Shown: one piece after another, positions 9,364 to 19,722 of the stretch
Layout of the letters: every line of letters begins with the position of its first letter
Numbering within the stretch: the first letter of the stretch is position 1
DNA from: an uncultured Alphaproteobacteria bacterium
GTDB taxonomy: Bacteria > Pseudomonadota > Alphaproteobacteria > RF32 > CAG-239
Assembly: GCA_947588655.1 (NCBI GenBank)
Contig: CANPYS010000002.1
Location: 11,912-75,911 of the forward strand
Length of the DNA stretch: 64,000 bases
Reading direction: 5' to 3'
Notes under the pieces: generated by a model
Seen by the model: only the letters and a program-made list of their open reading frames with translations
The model's database searches: none
What the model was told of the DNA's origin: nothing
Translations under genes and position numbers: made by a program

Positions 9364-10287
9364 TTGAGTAATAAAAATTTTGATAGTTGTGTATCTTTTC
9401 ACATTAACAACGGGGCGTTTTTAGGGCGGATTGTGCGCTTAAACAACGTTTTGGATAAAATTTTAGGCAAGCATTGTTATCCGCTTGATGTTTCGGCGGC
9501 GTTAGCAGAAACAACGGCTTTGGCGACCTTACTTTCAAGCCTTTTGAAGTATGAGGGGTTGTTTACGCTCCAGATTCAGGGCAACGGGCCGGTTTCGCTT
9601 TTGGTGGCAGATGTGACTTCCGAGGGCAAAATCCGCGCTTGCTCCACATATGATGCCGAAAAACTTGCCTCTGCCAAGGCTTTGCGCAAGACCGAAAATC
9701 AAATAGAGGCGCTGCCGCACTTGGTTGGTGGCGGTTATATGGCGTTTACGGTGGATCAGGGGCAAAATACGCAGCCTTATCAAGGCGTGGTTGACTTGCA
9801 GGGTAAAACATTAACAGAAATGGCTTTGCGTTATTTCAAGCAATCGGAGCAGATTGACACAACCTTAAAATTATTTTTGAAACACCCTGAGGGCGAGAGC
9901 GACAGTTGGCTTTCAGCCGGAATTTTGCTTCAAAAAGCGCCGCTTAAAGGTGGAAAAACAATCCAAGAATCGCCGGAAGACTTAGCACAAGCTTGGGAAG
10001 ACGCCGAGGCATATATTCAGAGCCTAACAGACAACGAAATTTTTGACGAAGGCTTAACTTCGGCTGACATTTTATACCGCTTGTTTCACGCCAACAATTT
10101 AACTTTAGGCACTGAAAAGTCTTATAGTTTTAGATGTCGTTGCAGTCGTGACAAACTTTTGAACACTTTAAGAGGTTTCAAGGAAGATGAAATTGAATCC
10201 ATGCTTGAAGAGGGCAAAATTACGTTAACTTGTCATTTTTGTTCTGAAAAGTATGTGTTTGATAAGTCCGAGCTGTCCAAACACTGA
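9364..10287 (+). CDS. hslO: Redox-regulated chaperone Hsp33
   Basis: 307 aa; C-terminal zinc centre CRCSRD…CHFCSEKY (CxC…CxxC) typical of Hsp33. Confidence 0.85.
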   Translation: MSNKNFDSCVSFHINNGAFLGRIVRLNNVLDKILGKHCYPLDVSAALAETTALATLLSSLLKYEGLFTLQIQGNGPVSLLVADVTSEGKIRACSTYDAEKLASAKALRKTENQIEALPHLVGGGYMAFTVDQGQNTQPYQGVVDLQGKTLTEMALRYFKQSEQIDTTLKLFLKHPEGESDSWLSAGILLQKAPLKGGKTIQESPEDLAQAWEDAEAYIQSLTDNEIFDEGLTSADILYRLFHANNLTLGTEKSYSFRCRCSRDKLLNTLRGFKEDEIESMLEEGKITLTCHFCSEKYVFDKSELSKH

Positions 10288-10302
10288 AATTTTAAAATTT
10301 AA

Positions 10303-10965
10303 TTGATTTTTTACTTAAAACGTTGTAGCATACATTTACGTTTTCGTTTTAAGGGAAAAACTATGATAACTTTTAAAAAATTGTTTGCTCTTTCAGCCTT
10401 GGTTTTACTAGGTTCTTGCGCGCATTATAATGATACGGCGGAAACACCTAAATTTACGGAAATTCGCTTTCAAGATGAGGCTCCGATTGTTTTAGAAGTG
10501 GGGCAGATTGAAATAAAATCTGAATTTACGCCAACTTTTCAACGCCCAAATGTGGAGCATTTGTTCCCTGTTTCCATTGAAAAGAGCGCCCGCCTTTGGG
10601 CAACAGACCGCTTAAAAGCCTCGGGCGAACCGGCTGATCGCACGGCAGAATTTATCATAAAGGATGCTTCTGTTACGGAAGAAGAAGTCCCCTCTGAAAA
10701 GGCTTTTTATAAAGACAACCTGCACTACAAGGCGGTTTTATCCGTGGTTTTGAGAATAAACACACCCGACGCGCATACCCAAACAGCAATGGAGTCGTGG
10801 CGTGAAATCAGCATTCCGGTTGACACAAGCATTGAAAACAAAGAAATTGCTTGGTCAAAAATGACGGATAAACTGATGGAATCGTTTAACCAAAGTATGG
10901 AAAACAACATTCGCCAATACTTAAATATGTACGTTAAAGATAACCGCGTTATTTTTGAATACTAA
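10303..10965 (+). CDS. Hypothetical lipoprotein
   Basis: Probable start at 10363 (MITFKKLFALSALVLLGSCAH: signal peptide plus lipobox LLGSC). No recognisable domain. Confidence 0.55.
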   Translation: MIFYLKRCSIHLRFRFKGKTMITFKKLFALSALVLLGSCAHYNDTAETPKFTEIRFQDEAPIVLEVGQIEIKSEFTPTFQRPNVEHLFPVSIEKSARLWATDRLKASGEPADRTAEFIIKDASVTEEEVPSEKAFYKDNLHYKAVLSVVLRINTPDAHTQTAMESWREISIPVDTSIENKEIAWSKMTDKLMESFNQSMENNIRQYLNMYVKDNRVIFEY

Positions 10966-12347
10966 AATTTTTCCCAGTTTATAGACTTGGTTTTATGCAA
11001 ATCCAAAGGTGTTTGCGCTTGCGCTTTGGGCATATATTTTGTCATTAAGCGCTCCAAAGCCGCGGCGTTTTCTTCTTCAGTAATATAAGGCTTTAGCTCT
11101 TTACCTGCTTTTTGGACAAGGTATCTTTTTTTCTCGGCAGAAATTTTTTTACTGCGGATAGTTTCCTTTAACGCGCGTTCAAAATAAGCGCGTTTTTTGT
11201 TCGGATCAGAAAATTTTTGCCCAATATCAAGCAAGACATGAACCCTATCTTCATTTTCAAGCAATTTCAGAGCCATGTGAGTGCGTGTTTCAACCCAATC
11301 ATCAAAATGTCCGACTTGTTTTTGCAAAAGCGAAATTTTTTTGAGCATACTTAATTTATCGCCCTCAGGGGCATTTTTATAAGCTTCTTTCAAATAAAAT
11401 TCGGCGCGATTAAATTTTTCTTCCTTATCGGTTGTAATAAAGCCGACGGCGCTACTTTCATCAATATAAGTTTGAGCCAAAGCCATATTAATTTTATACA
11501 AATCGTAAGGTTTTTCGGCAGTTGTTAAAGCGCGCCGATAAGCCGCCCGAATAGCATGCATATTGCTTTTGCTATTTTTAAGGCGGTTTGTGCAATATTC
11601 AATACGTTTATAATCGGCGCTATAATCCAGCACTTTTTGCAAACAAGCGCTTTCATCCTCATTAATTTCTTTGCTAGAAGAATAAAGCAGAACATTTTTT
11701 CCCAAATTGCGATACAAAACCGAAAGATTATAATAACCGGCCGCCAAAAATTCAGGCACTAATTCAGGCGCAACATCTTCAAACATTTCCTGAATTTTAT
11801 GAATCTGATAAGATGTGTTCTTTTTATTATCGGAATCCGTTAAAATCGTTTCAACTTCGGTTTGCATGTCAAGAATTTTTTGCGCTTCAGAAAACCCTTT
11901 AATCGCGTTAATTTCCGGACGAATGGCGTTCCATTTTTGCAAAAGTTCATCCCAATCTGTTGACGAAGCGCCAGCAGGAATTTCAATGCCGATATAATCA
12001 TAAAACTTTTTAAGCCCGTCAGAAAGCCCATTTTCCAAAGTGTCGCGAATAATGTCTGAAGCCCCGTAATGAAGGCAAAATTCAGCAAAATTTTCATCAT
12101 TGACATTAACCGTCAATTCGCCGCTTTCCGAAATGGATTCGGGTTGAAAATTGGCGTAATAAGTTGCCAAATTACTTAAAAAGCAAGAATCTGCTTTTAA
12201 GTGATTATAAACCGAAAAAACAATCTTGTTTTGCATAAGCTCAATAAGCTTTTCCTGCGAAACAGATTCCTCTTCCGCGGCCTTATTTTCAGTGTTATTT
12301 TCAGACAATTTTAAAACTCCATTAAATATTTTTTCTCTATTTTGCAT
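10962..12347 (-). CDS. Hypothetical protein (461 aa, helical/TPR-like C-terminal half)
   Basis: Long uninterrupted ORF with coding-like composition; no motif I can assign. Confidence 0.5.
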   Translation of the reverse strand: MQNREKIFNGVLKLSENNTENKAAEEESVSQEKLIELMQNKIVFSVYNHLKADSCFLSNLATYYANFQPESISESGELTVNVNDENFAEFCLHYGASDIIRDTLENGLSDGLKKFYDYIGIEIPAGASSTDWDELLQKWNAIRPEINAIKGFSEAQKILDMQTEVETILTDSDNKKNTSYQIHKIQEMFEDVAPELVPEFLAAGYYNLSVLYRNLGKNVLLYSSSKEINEDESACLQKVLDYSADYKRIEYCTNRLKNSKSNMHAIRAAYRRALTTAEKPYDLYKINMALAQTYIDESSAVGFITTDKEEKFNRAEFYLKEAYKNAPEGDKLSMLKKISLLQKQVGHFDDWVETRTHMALKLLENEDRVHVLLDIGQKFSDPNKKRAYFERALKETIRSKKISAEKKRYLVQKAGKELKPYITEEENAAALERLMTKYMPKAQAQTPLDLHKTKSINWEKF

Positions 12348-12427
12348 GTTTTTGTTTATTTGTCAAGAAAAAATATATAAAAAAAGCCTTTCAAAACCGA
12401 AAGGCTTTGCAGTGATTTAAGCCAGAC

Positions 12428-12940
12428 TTATGGATTCGGTTGGTCATAAAAAGCCTTAGCGACGGTCATATCTTTCAAAAAGTCTTCCATTTCCTGCTCA
12501 TGCTCAATTTCTTTTGATAAAAGTTGTTCAGCAATCTGAAAAGTTTTATAATCTTTGCCAAAGCACATATCGCAAATGCCCTGATAACGCCCCACAGCGC
12601 AACGTTCAGCTTGCAACACTTGTTCCACGAGGGTTTTGGTATCGGGTTTAATCGGCGCATCGTACTTGCATTTTGCAATTTTGCTCCAATCGTCAGGATT
12701 AATAACGGGTGTGCCGCCAAGCTCAATAATACGATCCGCCAAAAGTTCGGCTTGTTCGCGTTCGTCATGGGCGTGTTCTTTAAATTCAGCCACAATCGCG
12801 CCGCGCATTTGCCCTTGCGCAACGCGTGCGCCAATCCAATATTGATAATAAGCCAGCCATTCTTCTGAGAACGCCTCATTTAAAACTCTAATTAACTCGC
12901 TAATATCTAGTTTAACAATTTTTTGCGCCATATCTCCCAT
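12428..12940 (-). CDS. Ferritin-like protein (bacterioferritin family)
   Basis: Four-helix-bundle di-iron ligand pattern (…EEWLAYYQYW… EHAHDEREQAELLADRI…) resembling Bfr/ferritin. Confidence 0.6.
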   Translation of the reverse strand: MGDMAQKIVKLDISELIRVLNEAFSEEWLAYYQYWIGARVAQGQMRGAIVAEFKEHAHDEREQAELLADRIIELGGTPVINPDDWSKIAKCKYDAPIKPDTKTLVEQVLQAERCAVGRYQGICDMCFGKDYKTFQIAEQLLSKEIEHEQEMEDFLKDMTVAKAFYDQPNP

Positions 12941-13076
12941 TGATTTTTCCTTTCTTAAAAATGGTTTTCAAAACATAAATAAGCGCGGTGGATTTAAAAT
13001 CAACGCGGCGGGTTTAATTTTTACGAGTATTTAAACTTTTGCCTTTATTCTAAAACCTAAAAGACAAGGAGAATTT

Positions 13077-13712
13077 ATGGTTCTGATTGCCCCCAGTATT
13101 TTATCGGCCGATTTCAGCCGTCTTGACGCCGAAATTGAGGCTTTAGACAAAGCTGGTGCCGATTATATTCATCTTGATGTTATGGACGGTCGTTTTGTGC
13201 CGAATTTTACTTTTGGTGCGCCACTGATAAGGCAGGTGCGTTCGGCAAGCAAGCTTCCGTTTGACGTGCATTTAATGATAACCGAGCCCGACAAACAGCT
13301 TGGCGCATTTGCGGCGGCGGGCGCGGATATTTTAACCGTTCATTTTGAGGCTTGCCCAAAGCTTGAGCCCATCATAAATCAGATTCATCTCTTAGGGCTA
13401 AAAGCGGGCGTGAGCCTCAAGCCCAAAACGCCGCCCGAGGTTTTGAACGGTGTTCTAGACAAGCTAGATCAAGTGTTGGTTATGACGGTTGAGCCGGGGT
13501 TTGGCGGACAAACATTTATGCAAGACCAGCTCTTTAAAATAGCTTGGCTTAAAGAACACACAAAAGGCAAAAATATCAAAATTGAGGTTGACGGCGGCAT
13601 CAATCCGCAAACGGCGGCGCTTTGCCGCGCGCAAGGAGCGGATATTTTGGTTGCTGGAACAGCGGTTTTTAAAGACAAGAATTATCGCGCCAATATGGAC
13701 GCCCTAAGATAA
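13077..13712 (+). CDS. rpe: Ribulose-phosphate 3-epimerase
   Basis: APSILSADFSRL…HLDVMDGRFVPN… signature of Rpe; 211 aa. Confidence 0.9.
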   Translation: MVLIAPSILSADFSRLDAEIEALDKAGADYIHLDVMDGRFVPNFTFGAPLIRQVRSASKLPFDVHLMITEPDKQLGAFAAAGADILTVHFEACPKLEPIINQIHLLGLKAGVSLKPKTPPEVLNGVLDKLDQVLVMTVEPGFGGQTFMQDQLFKIAWLKEHTKGKNIKIEVDGGINPQTAALCRAQGADILVAGTAVFKDKNYRANMDALR

Positions 13713-13723
13713 AGGAGAATAAA

Positions 13724-14416
13724 ATGGCAAAAATTATGGTTGTGGAAGACGAGCAAGCTTTGGCATTGTTGCTTAAATATAACCTTGAGAAAGACGGGCA
13801 TGAAGTTTTGATAGTTGAAAAGGGGAATCGCGTTGTGGCGGAAGTGGAGCGTTGGTGTCCGCAACTCATTTTACTTGACTGGATGTTGCCTGAATTAAGC
13901 GGGGTTGAAATTTTAAAAATCATTCGCACCAAGCCCGATATTAAAAATATTCCTGTCATTATGCTTACCGCCAAAGGGCAGGAAGAAGATAAAATTAAGG
14001 GCTTAAACGCGGGCGCGGACGATTACGTTACCAAACCTTTTTCAGTGCCGGAGCTTATGGCGCGCGTAAAAACAAATTTGCGCCGTGCGCCTGAGGTTAT
14101 GACGATTCGTGAAATCTGTTTTGAAGATATTCGTATGGATTTAGTTGCTAAAAAGGTATTTCGGGGCGAAAATTATGTGCATTTAGGACCAACGGAATTT
14201 AGGCTTTTGAAGCTTTTAATGGAAACGCCTGGCAAAGTTTTTAGTCGCGAATATTTGCTTAAAACGGTTTGGGGCGATAATATTTATGTTGAAAGTCGCA
14301 CAGTAGATGTTCATATCAGACGTTTACGCAAGGCGCTAAACGCATTTGGCGCGGATTATATTCGCACAGTGCGCGCCAACGGCTATGCCATAGATTGTCA
14401 GCCCATTTTGGAATAA
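13724..14416 (+). CDS. phoB: OmpR/PhoB-family response regulator (PhoB-like)
   Basis: REC domain (VVEDE…LLDWMLP…DDYVTKPF) plus winged-helix output domain (…VDVHIRRLRKAL…); near-colinear with E. coli PhoB. Confidence 0.75.
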   Translation: MAKIMVVEDEQALALLLKYNLEKDGHEVLIVEKGNRVVAEVERWCPQLILLDWMLPELSGVEILKIIRTKPDIKNIPVIMLTAKGQEEDKIKGLNAGADDYVTKPFSVPELMARVKTNLRRAPEVMTIREICFEDIRMDLVAKKVFRGENYVHLGPTEFRLLKLLMETPGKVFSREYLLKTVWGDNIYVESRTVDVHIRRLRKALNAFGADYIRTVRANGYAIDCQPILE

Positions 14417-14937
14417 ACCGCCGGCACGTTGCGAAAATGCGCGTGCGTGATAGCAATAGCTAAAGCATCGGACGAGTCGTTATTTTTGGGTTTGCAACCG
14501 GGGAGCAAAATTTTAACCATTGTTTCCACTTGTTTTTTTTCCGCTTTGCCAACGCCGACCGTTGCTTTTTTAATTTTGTTTGGCTCATATTCAAACAAAG
14601 GCAGATTATACGTCCCAGGAGCCAAAACAACCACCCCGCGCGCCATAGAAAGCTTGAGTGTTGAAACAGGGTTACTGTTTAAAAACACTCTTTCAATAGA
14701 GGCCTCATTTGGCTTATACATTTCAATCACGCCGCAGAGGGTTTTATAAATAAGGCTCAAGCGTTGTTCAATAGGTTTTTCGGCGGTTGTAGGAATAAAA
14801 CCGTCGTCAATATAACGCATGCGGTTGTTTTCAACCTCAATGACGCCCCAGCCAGTTGATGAAAGACTAGGATCAAGCCCTAAAATTCTAATCATTTTAT
14901 TCTCCGAAGAAGTATTATGAGGGCAAAAAGTAAACAT
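14398..14937 (-). CDS. ruvC: Holliday junction resolvase RuvC
   Basis: Likely start at 14895 (MIRILGLDPSLSSTGWGVIE); RNase H-like fold with catalytic D and E. Confidence 0.85.
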   Translation of the reverse strand: MFTFCPHNTSSENKMIRILGLDPSLSSTGWGVIEVENNRMRYIDDGFIPTTAEKPIEQRLSLIYKTLCGVIEMYKPNEASIERVFLNSNPVSTLKLSMARGVVVLAPGTYNLPLFEYEPNKIKKATVGVGKAEKKQVETMVKILLPGCKPKNNDSSDALAIAITHAHFRNVPAVYSKMG

Positions 14938-15231
14938 AAGATTAAGGGAACGCGTCTAATGGGCGCCTAGAGCAATTTTTTGGGCTTGTCCAATTCACGT
15001 ACCCCAACGTACGCTAAAATTGTCCAAGCCCAAAGAAATCACTCTATCCACCTCATTATCCGCATTCCCCAAACCCCTAAAAACGTCATTCTGAGGCGGT
15101 TTACCGCCGAAGAATCCAGAAAAAACGAATCAAATTGTCATGCTGAACTTGTTTCAGCATCTCTTTATGAGATCCCGAGACGTTCTTGCTCGTAAGTTTT
15201 ACGATAAAAAACAGTGCCAGAGTGGCATTTT

Positions 15232-15819
15232 TTATTTTTTTGTGGTGATGATTTTTAAAATCCGGTCAATGGATTCATCAATTAAAGCGGCGTGTTCAGC
15301 AGAATCTGAAACCTTAGTCATATAAGCCGAAACAAGCGAATCAGTGCGCTTAAGCACCGTCTGATAAATTTCGTTTCGCGTGCGGCTGATGCTCATTTTA
15401 ATATCGTTTTCAGCCTCTTGCATTTTAATTTTCGTCTTTCTTTTAAGCGCGGCGCGTTGCTCGTTCCGCAAATGCTCAATCCGCCCCTCGGCGCGCGATG
15501 AAATCTGAAAAGTCTCGTCTTTTAAATCAACGTTTTTTCGCTCGTACTTGGCAAGCAAAACTTGTGCATCATCACGCAAATTTTGCGCCTCGTTTATCTG
15601 ATGAATAACGCTTTCACGCCGCTTGCTCAAAAAGCTATAAACACCTTTGCACGCAGGTTTTAAAAGCACAGCCACCGCCAAAACAAAAGCCATTCCAACC
15701 CAAAACTCTGCCGAAAGATAAAACGGCTCGGCAGAAACATTGGTCGGCTCTAAAACCGTTTCTTCAAATGTTTGCGCCATGCCGTCCCTCTTTTTCAGAT
15801 AACGCCTCAAGTTTTTCAA
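15232..15819 (-). CDS. atpF: F0F1 ATP synthase subunit b
   Basis: Single N-terminal TM then a long charged helix; operon order atpI-atpB-atpE-b'-b typical of alphaproteobacteria; likely start at 15780. Confidence 0.8.
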   Translation of the reverse strand: MKNLRRYLKKRDGMAQTFEETVLEPTNVSAEPFYLSAEFWVGMAFVLAVAVLLKPACKGVYSFLSKRRESVIHQINEAQNLRDDAQVLLAKYERKNVDLKDETFQISSRAEGRIEHLRNEQRAALKRKTKIKMQEAENDIKMSISRTRNEIYQTVLKRTDSLVSAYMTKVSDSAEHAALIDESIDRILKIITTKK

Positions 15820-16261
15820 GCGTCGCCGTGGTTATGCCCGCTTTGTTTAACAAGCTTAGCGCAAGCAAAACCGATGTCTTGTTTAGCTTGTTTAAGCTTT
15901 CAGCGCGGAGTTTTGACATTTTTTCATCGTTTTCTTGTATTTTGCACAAAAGCGATGCCTCAAGCTCTGCCGAACTCTTTAAAGCGTCTTGCTCTAAATC
16001 TTTGCTTGCGTCTTTCAGCCTTTGCGTGGCATCTGCCTGCGCTTTCGCAAGGGCTTTTTCATACTTTTCAAGCGAGATTTGCGCCTTTTTGTTTAGTTCT
16101 TCGGCTTTTTGAATATAATCGTCAATTTTCAGGCGGCGGCTTTCTAAAACTTGCTCAATTTTTGGCACAATCAAAAAAGCCATAATTGCCCATAAGCTGA
16201 AAAAACTTATCAGCAACCAGAAAATTTGCGAAAGATATGTCGCGGTTTCAAGCTGAGGCAT
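15764..16261 (-). CDS. atpG: F0F1 ATP synthase subunit b'
   Basis: Same architecture as subunit b; lies between atpE and atpF. Confidence 0.78.
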   Translation of the reverse strand: MPQLETATYLSQIFWLLISFFSLWAIMAFLIVPKIEQVLESRRLKIDDYIQKAEELNKKAQISLEKYEKALAKAQADATQRLKDASKDLEQDALKSSAELEASLLCKIQENDEKMSKLRAESLNKLNKTSVLLALSLLNKAGITTATLEKLEALSEKEGRHGANI

Positions 16262-16268
16262 TTTTTAC

Positions 16269-16499
16269 TTAAAACAATATAATTAACGCCACAACTAAGG
16301 CATACAAAGCAATAGCCTCAATGGCGGCAAAACCTGCCCAAGCGTATAAGTCAACATCTTTTTTGACTTGCGGATTGCGCCCAACCGTTTCAATAATTGT
16401 TGTCCAAAGTTTGGTCACGCCCCATGCGGCAACAGTCATTGAAAGCGTGCACATTCCAGCGGCAATATAAGCTAATGGTTCCATTTTATTTCCTTTCAA
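16269..16499 (-). CDS. atpE: F0F1 ATP synthase subunit c
   Basis: Hairpin proteolipid …GRNPQ…AIEAIALYALVVALIILF; likely start at 16484. Confidence 0.9.
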   Translation of the reverse strand: MKGNKMEPLAYIAAGMCTLSMTVAAWGVTKLWTTIIETVGRNPQVKKDVDLYAWAGFAAIEAIALYALVVALIILF

Positions 16500-16503
16500 T
16501 CAA

Positions 16504-17226
16504 TTAATGTTGATGCAAAGCATCGCCTAAATATATGCAACTTAAAACAGTATATATATATGCTTGTAAAAGTGCAATAAACATTTCAAAAATAATAATA
16601 CACGCGTCAAACAAAAGCGGCACAACGCCCGCAATGCCTAACGCCACAATAAAACCCGCTAAAATTTTGAGCATAATATGCCCAACCGTCATATTTGCAA
16701 CAAGACGAACCGTTAAACTAAACGGCTTTGAAAGCAACGATATAGCTTCAATCGGGGCAATCAAGGGCGCTAATACAAGCGGAATCCCCTTGGGTAAAAA
16801 TGTGCGCAAGTAGCCCCATTTTTTGGTATAAATGCCTACGCAAACGTTAATCAAAAATGCTAAAACCGAAAGACACCCTACCGCCGCAACATGTGACGTG
16901 AACGTAAAACTATAAGGAAAAAGCCCTAAAAAGTTGCCAAATGCCACAAATAAAAAAAGTGAAAAAATAAGCGAAAAATATTTTAACCCTTCGTTGCCAA
17001 TTGTATCGCGTATGAGGTTTTTAATAAAATCGTACGCCGCCTCAGGCACAGATTGCGCCATTGTTGGCACAACCGCCCGATTTTTTAGGCATAATAAAAA
17101 CAAAACCGTAATCGCTAGCACAGAAACAAACATCATCAACGACGAGTTTGTAAACGAAACGTCATAACCCTTGATATAAACAGGGATTAAGGGCTGAACC
17201 TCAAATTGTTCCATGGGGTTTGACAT
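16504..17226 (-). CDS. atpB: F0F1 ATP synthase subunit a
   Basis: Polytopic 240 aa with conserved R in …LSLTVRLVANMTVGH…. Confidence 0.9.
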   Translation of the reverse strand: MSNPMEQFEVQPLIPVYIKGYDVSFTNSSLMMFVSVLAITVLFLLCLKNRAVVPTMAQSVPEAAYDFIKNLIRDTIGNEGLKYFSLIFSLFLFVAFGNFLGLFPYSFTFTSHVAAVGCLSVLAFLINVCVGIYTKKWGYLRTFLPKGIPLVLAPLIAPIEAISLLSKPFSLTVRLVANMTVGHIMLKILAGFIVALGIAGVVPLLFDACIIIFEMFIALLQAYIYTVLSCIYLGDALHQH

Positions 17227-17534
17227 TAGCGACGTTCCTCCTTTTCCGAGGCGTTTTTAAACGCGCGGTAAATGTTCAAAAAACCTGCCGCGCCGCCAAA
17301 AATTGTAAACAAAGCCAAACACAAAGGCTTTGAATGAAACACACCGTCTAAGAAATAACCAATCGCCGCGCCAAGCAAAACCGCTGCAATTAGCTCCACA
17401 GAAATTTGATAACCAAAGCCCGCGTTGGTATAAGTTTTTTGCTCCGCGAGGCTTTTTTGCGTGCGTTTGTGGTGCTTTGCCTTAAAGCCTTTAATGCGCT
17501 TGTCTAAATTTTTTATTTCTTCCGTCTGTTTCAT
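17226..17534 (-). CDS. atpI: ATP synthase protein I (AtpI)
   Basis: Small two-TM protein at the head of the atp F0 operon. Confidence 0.7.
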   Translation of the reverse strand: MKQTEEIKNLDKRIKGFKAKHHKRTQKSLAEQKTYTNAGFGYQISVELIAAVLLGAAIGYFLDGVFHSKPLCLALFTIFGGAAGFLNIYRAFKNASEKEERR

Positions 17535-17545
17535 AAAACAACCTA

Positions 17546-18274
17546 CTATTTTGCGCCGCGTTCTTCTAAATAAGCTTTCAATTCATCATAATTCGGTACG
17601 CCATAAATAATTTCATTGCGGCCACCACCTGAAATCAAAAACGCCGGAGTGCCTTGCATATTAAGTTTATCTATGCCCTCTTGGCGCGTTGCTAAAATTT
17701 GTTGCGCCAACGAATCGTTTTTAAGGCATTCTTCCGCGGCGGCTTTATCTAAACCCTCGTCAAGGGCGTATTGAATTAAAACATTTTCAGCATCTGCCGA
17801 TAAAACCCATGAACGCTGGCGACTAAATAGCTTGTTCAAAAAGTTCTCGCGTTGCGAATCCTTTAAGCACTCAGAAAGCATTGCCGCCTGCATTGCTTTT
17901 TTCTCAAGCGGAAAATTCACAAAAACCACGTTTAACAGATTTTTTGAAATAAAATCTTCTTTAAGCTTGGGCAAAATATGTAAATGAAAATCAGCACAAT
18001 GAACGCAACTTAAGGACGAAAGCTCATATAACGTTAAGGGCGCGTCAGGATTGCCGATAAGATCTGATGAGGAAAAATTAAGCGCGACATCTGGCGCTAT
18101 AGGCGTGGCAAAGCTCTGCTCCTCAGGTGTTTCAGCCGCTTGCGCCGGCGCAATCAAATCAAACCCGTTGCCCGTCCAAACAAAACCTTTCCACGACAGA
18201 TAACTGTACGCGAAAAAAACATAAACCAAAACACTTGTTACAATTAAGCTGATTGTGCGAACGACCTTTTCCAA
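17546..18274 (-). CDS. DsbA-family thiol:disulfide oxidoreductase
   Basis: N-terminal TM/signal anchor and thioredoxin-fold CVHC active site. Confidence 0.75.
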   Translation of the reverse strand: MEKVVRTISLIVTSVLVYVFFAYSYLSWKGFVWTGNGFDLIAPAQAAETPEEQSFATPIAPDVALNFSSSDLIGNPDAPLTLYELSSLSCVHCADFHLHILPKLKEDFISKNLLNVVFVNFPLEKKAMQAAMLSECLKDSQRENFLNKLFSRQRSWVLSADAENVLIQYALDEGLDKAAAEECLKNDSLAQQILATRQEGIDKLNMQGTPAFLISGGGRNEIIYGVPNYDELKAYLEERGAK

Positions 18275-18283
18275 AAATGCCTC

Positions 18284-18811
18284 CTATTTTTTGTGTCCGA
18301 ATATTTTGTTGCCCAAACTTTCAAGGCGCGATTTTAAGCCCTCGTTTTGAACATCTTTTACAATTTGCTTAATATAATTTTCTTCATGCGCGCTGACAAG
18401 ATTTTTATTAGGGTTATCTTCATTTTTTATTGAGTTTTCATTTAAGCTTAAAGAGGCGTTTTGCATTGTTTTGATTTGAGCAACCGCCTTATAGCCGAAA
18501 AAGGTGTTGACTTTATCAATTATCATCTGCGATTTATGCTGAATTTCTAGAGCGTCAGCGCCTGTTTGGCACATCAGGTGCAAAACGCCGTCTGTACGTT
18601 CGCCCCGCTTAAAATCTATTTTCATCGGCAGTGTCGTTTGAGAAAGCTCCGCGCCAACGATGTTTTTCCATTGCGCCAAAATTTCAATTTCGGTCATACC
18701 CTTATTGCCCAAAAGTTTTTGCGCCAATGAGCAAATGTTTTCGCTCATACTTTTTAAGCCACCGCCCTGATGTTCTTGAGAAATGATGTTTTTTTGCTTT
18801 TTTTGAGGCAT
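18284..18811 (-). CDS. DUF721 (DciA-like) protein
   Basis: …ILAQWKNIVGAELSQTTLPMKIDFKRG…GVLHLMCQTGADALEIQ…IIDKVNTFFGYKAV pattern of the DUF721 family. Confidence 0.5.
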   Translation of the reverse strand: MPQKKQKNIISQEHQGGGLKSMSENICSLAQKLLGNKGMTEIEILAQWKNIVGAELSQTTLPMKIDFKRGERTDGVLHLMCQTGADALEIQHKSQMIIDKVNTFFGYKAVAQIKTMQNASLSLNENSIKNEDNPNKNLVSAHEENYIKQIVKDVQNEGLKSRLESLGNKIFGHKK

Positions 18812-18815
18812 CTGT

Positions 18816-19721
18816 TTATCCTAAATCAAAATCTTTTAACGGATGTTTTTGCGCCACAGTTTGCAACAAGCGCTCCGAGGTTATGTGCGTATAAATTTCG
18901 GTGGTGGCAATATTTTCATGCCCAAGCATTTTTTGAACCGAGCGCAAATCTGCCTTGTGATTAATCAGGTTTGTCGCAAACGAATGTCTTAATGTGTGCG
19001 GCGAAACTAAAGCCGCGTTAAAACCACACTCAAGCGCCAACTTTTTAAGCGCCTTAAAAAACATATCGCGCGTGATGTGCCCGCTTGTCGCCGACTTGGA
19101 CGGAAATAAATAAGCCGAAGTTTTGCCGTTTTTGATAAACATTTGCCTGTCAGGGGCATAATCAGCAAGAACTTTAACAGCGCGCTCTGAAACAGGCACA
19201 AGCCGCTCCTTACTGCCCTTGCCTTTTACAAAAACTTGCTTTCTATCAAAATTAACATCGTTTTCTTTTAACGCCACAAGCTCCGAAACGCGCAACCCTG
19301 TCGCAAACATCAGCTCAATCATCACGCCAATTCGCCGCATACTTAAATTTTGGTGCGAAAAAGCGGCATCGCACATTTTGGCAATCTGAACGGGCGTTAA
19401 AAACTTGGGCAAAGGCTTTTGTTGCTTGGGCGCTTCAATGCTTTCCGCCGGATTTTCTTTCAAAAACTTTTCACCATATAAAAATTTGCAGAACTCTCGT
19501 ACCGCCGAAAGTTTGCGCGCTTGAGATTTTGGCGCGTAATGCTTTTGTGAAAGTGCCTGCAAATATAAGGCAATTTCTTGCGCGCCGATTTGATCTGCCG
19601 AAACGTGGCATAAGCTTAAAAATTGGCGCAAGTCATATTCGTAGGCCTCAACCGTTTTGGGCGAAGCGCCTTTTTCGGCTGAAATCATATCCAAAAACAT
19701 TTCAAGCGGTGATAAGGGCAT
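18816..19721 (-). CDS. xerD: Site-specific tyrosine recombinase XerD
   Basis: C-terminal catalytic motifs …HTLRHSFATNLINHKADLRSVQKMLGHENIATTEIYTHI. The ORF track begins at a TTG (19733); the ATG at 19721 (MPLSPLEMFLD) is the likely start. Confidence 0.9.
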   Translation of the reverse strand: MPLSPLEMFLDMISAEKGASPKTVEAYEYDLRQFLSLCHVSADQIGAQEIALYLQALSQKHYAPKSQARKLSAVREFCKFLYGEKFLKENPAESIEAPKQQKPLPKFLTPVQIAKMCDAAFSHQNLSMRRIGVMIELMFATGLRVSELVALKENDVNFDRKQVFVKGKGSKERLVPVSERAVKVLADYAPDRQMFIKNGKTSAYLFPSKSATSGHITRDMFFKALKKLALECGFNAALVSPHTLRHSFATNLINHKADLRSVQKMLGHENIATTEIYTHITSERLLQTVAQKHPLKDFDLG

Positions 19722-19722
19722 T

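Noticed and set aside
12941-13076. Putative hairpin or regulatory palindrome (cgcggtgga…tcaacgcgg) upstream of rpe
   Set aside because: Base pairing breaks after two or three pairs on checking, so it is not a real inverted repeat.
14980-15230. Possible small repetitive/MITE-like element with several short hairpins (ggcggtttaccgcc; atgctgaacttgtttcagcat) between ruvC and atpF
   Set aside because: There are no terminal inverted repeats, no second copy in the window and only short stems. It is more simply a promoter/terminator-containing spacer; the hairpin plus T-run at ~15205-15238 is a plausible atpF-operon terminator.
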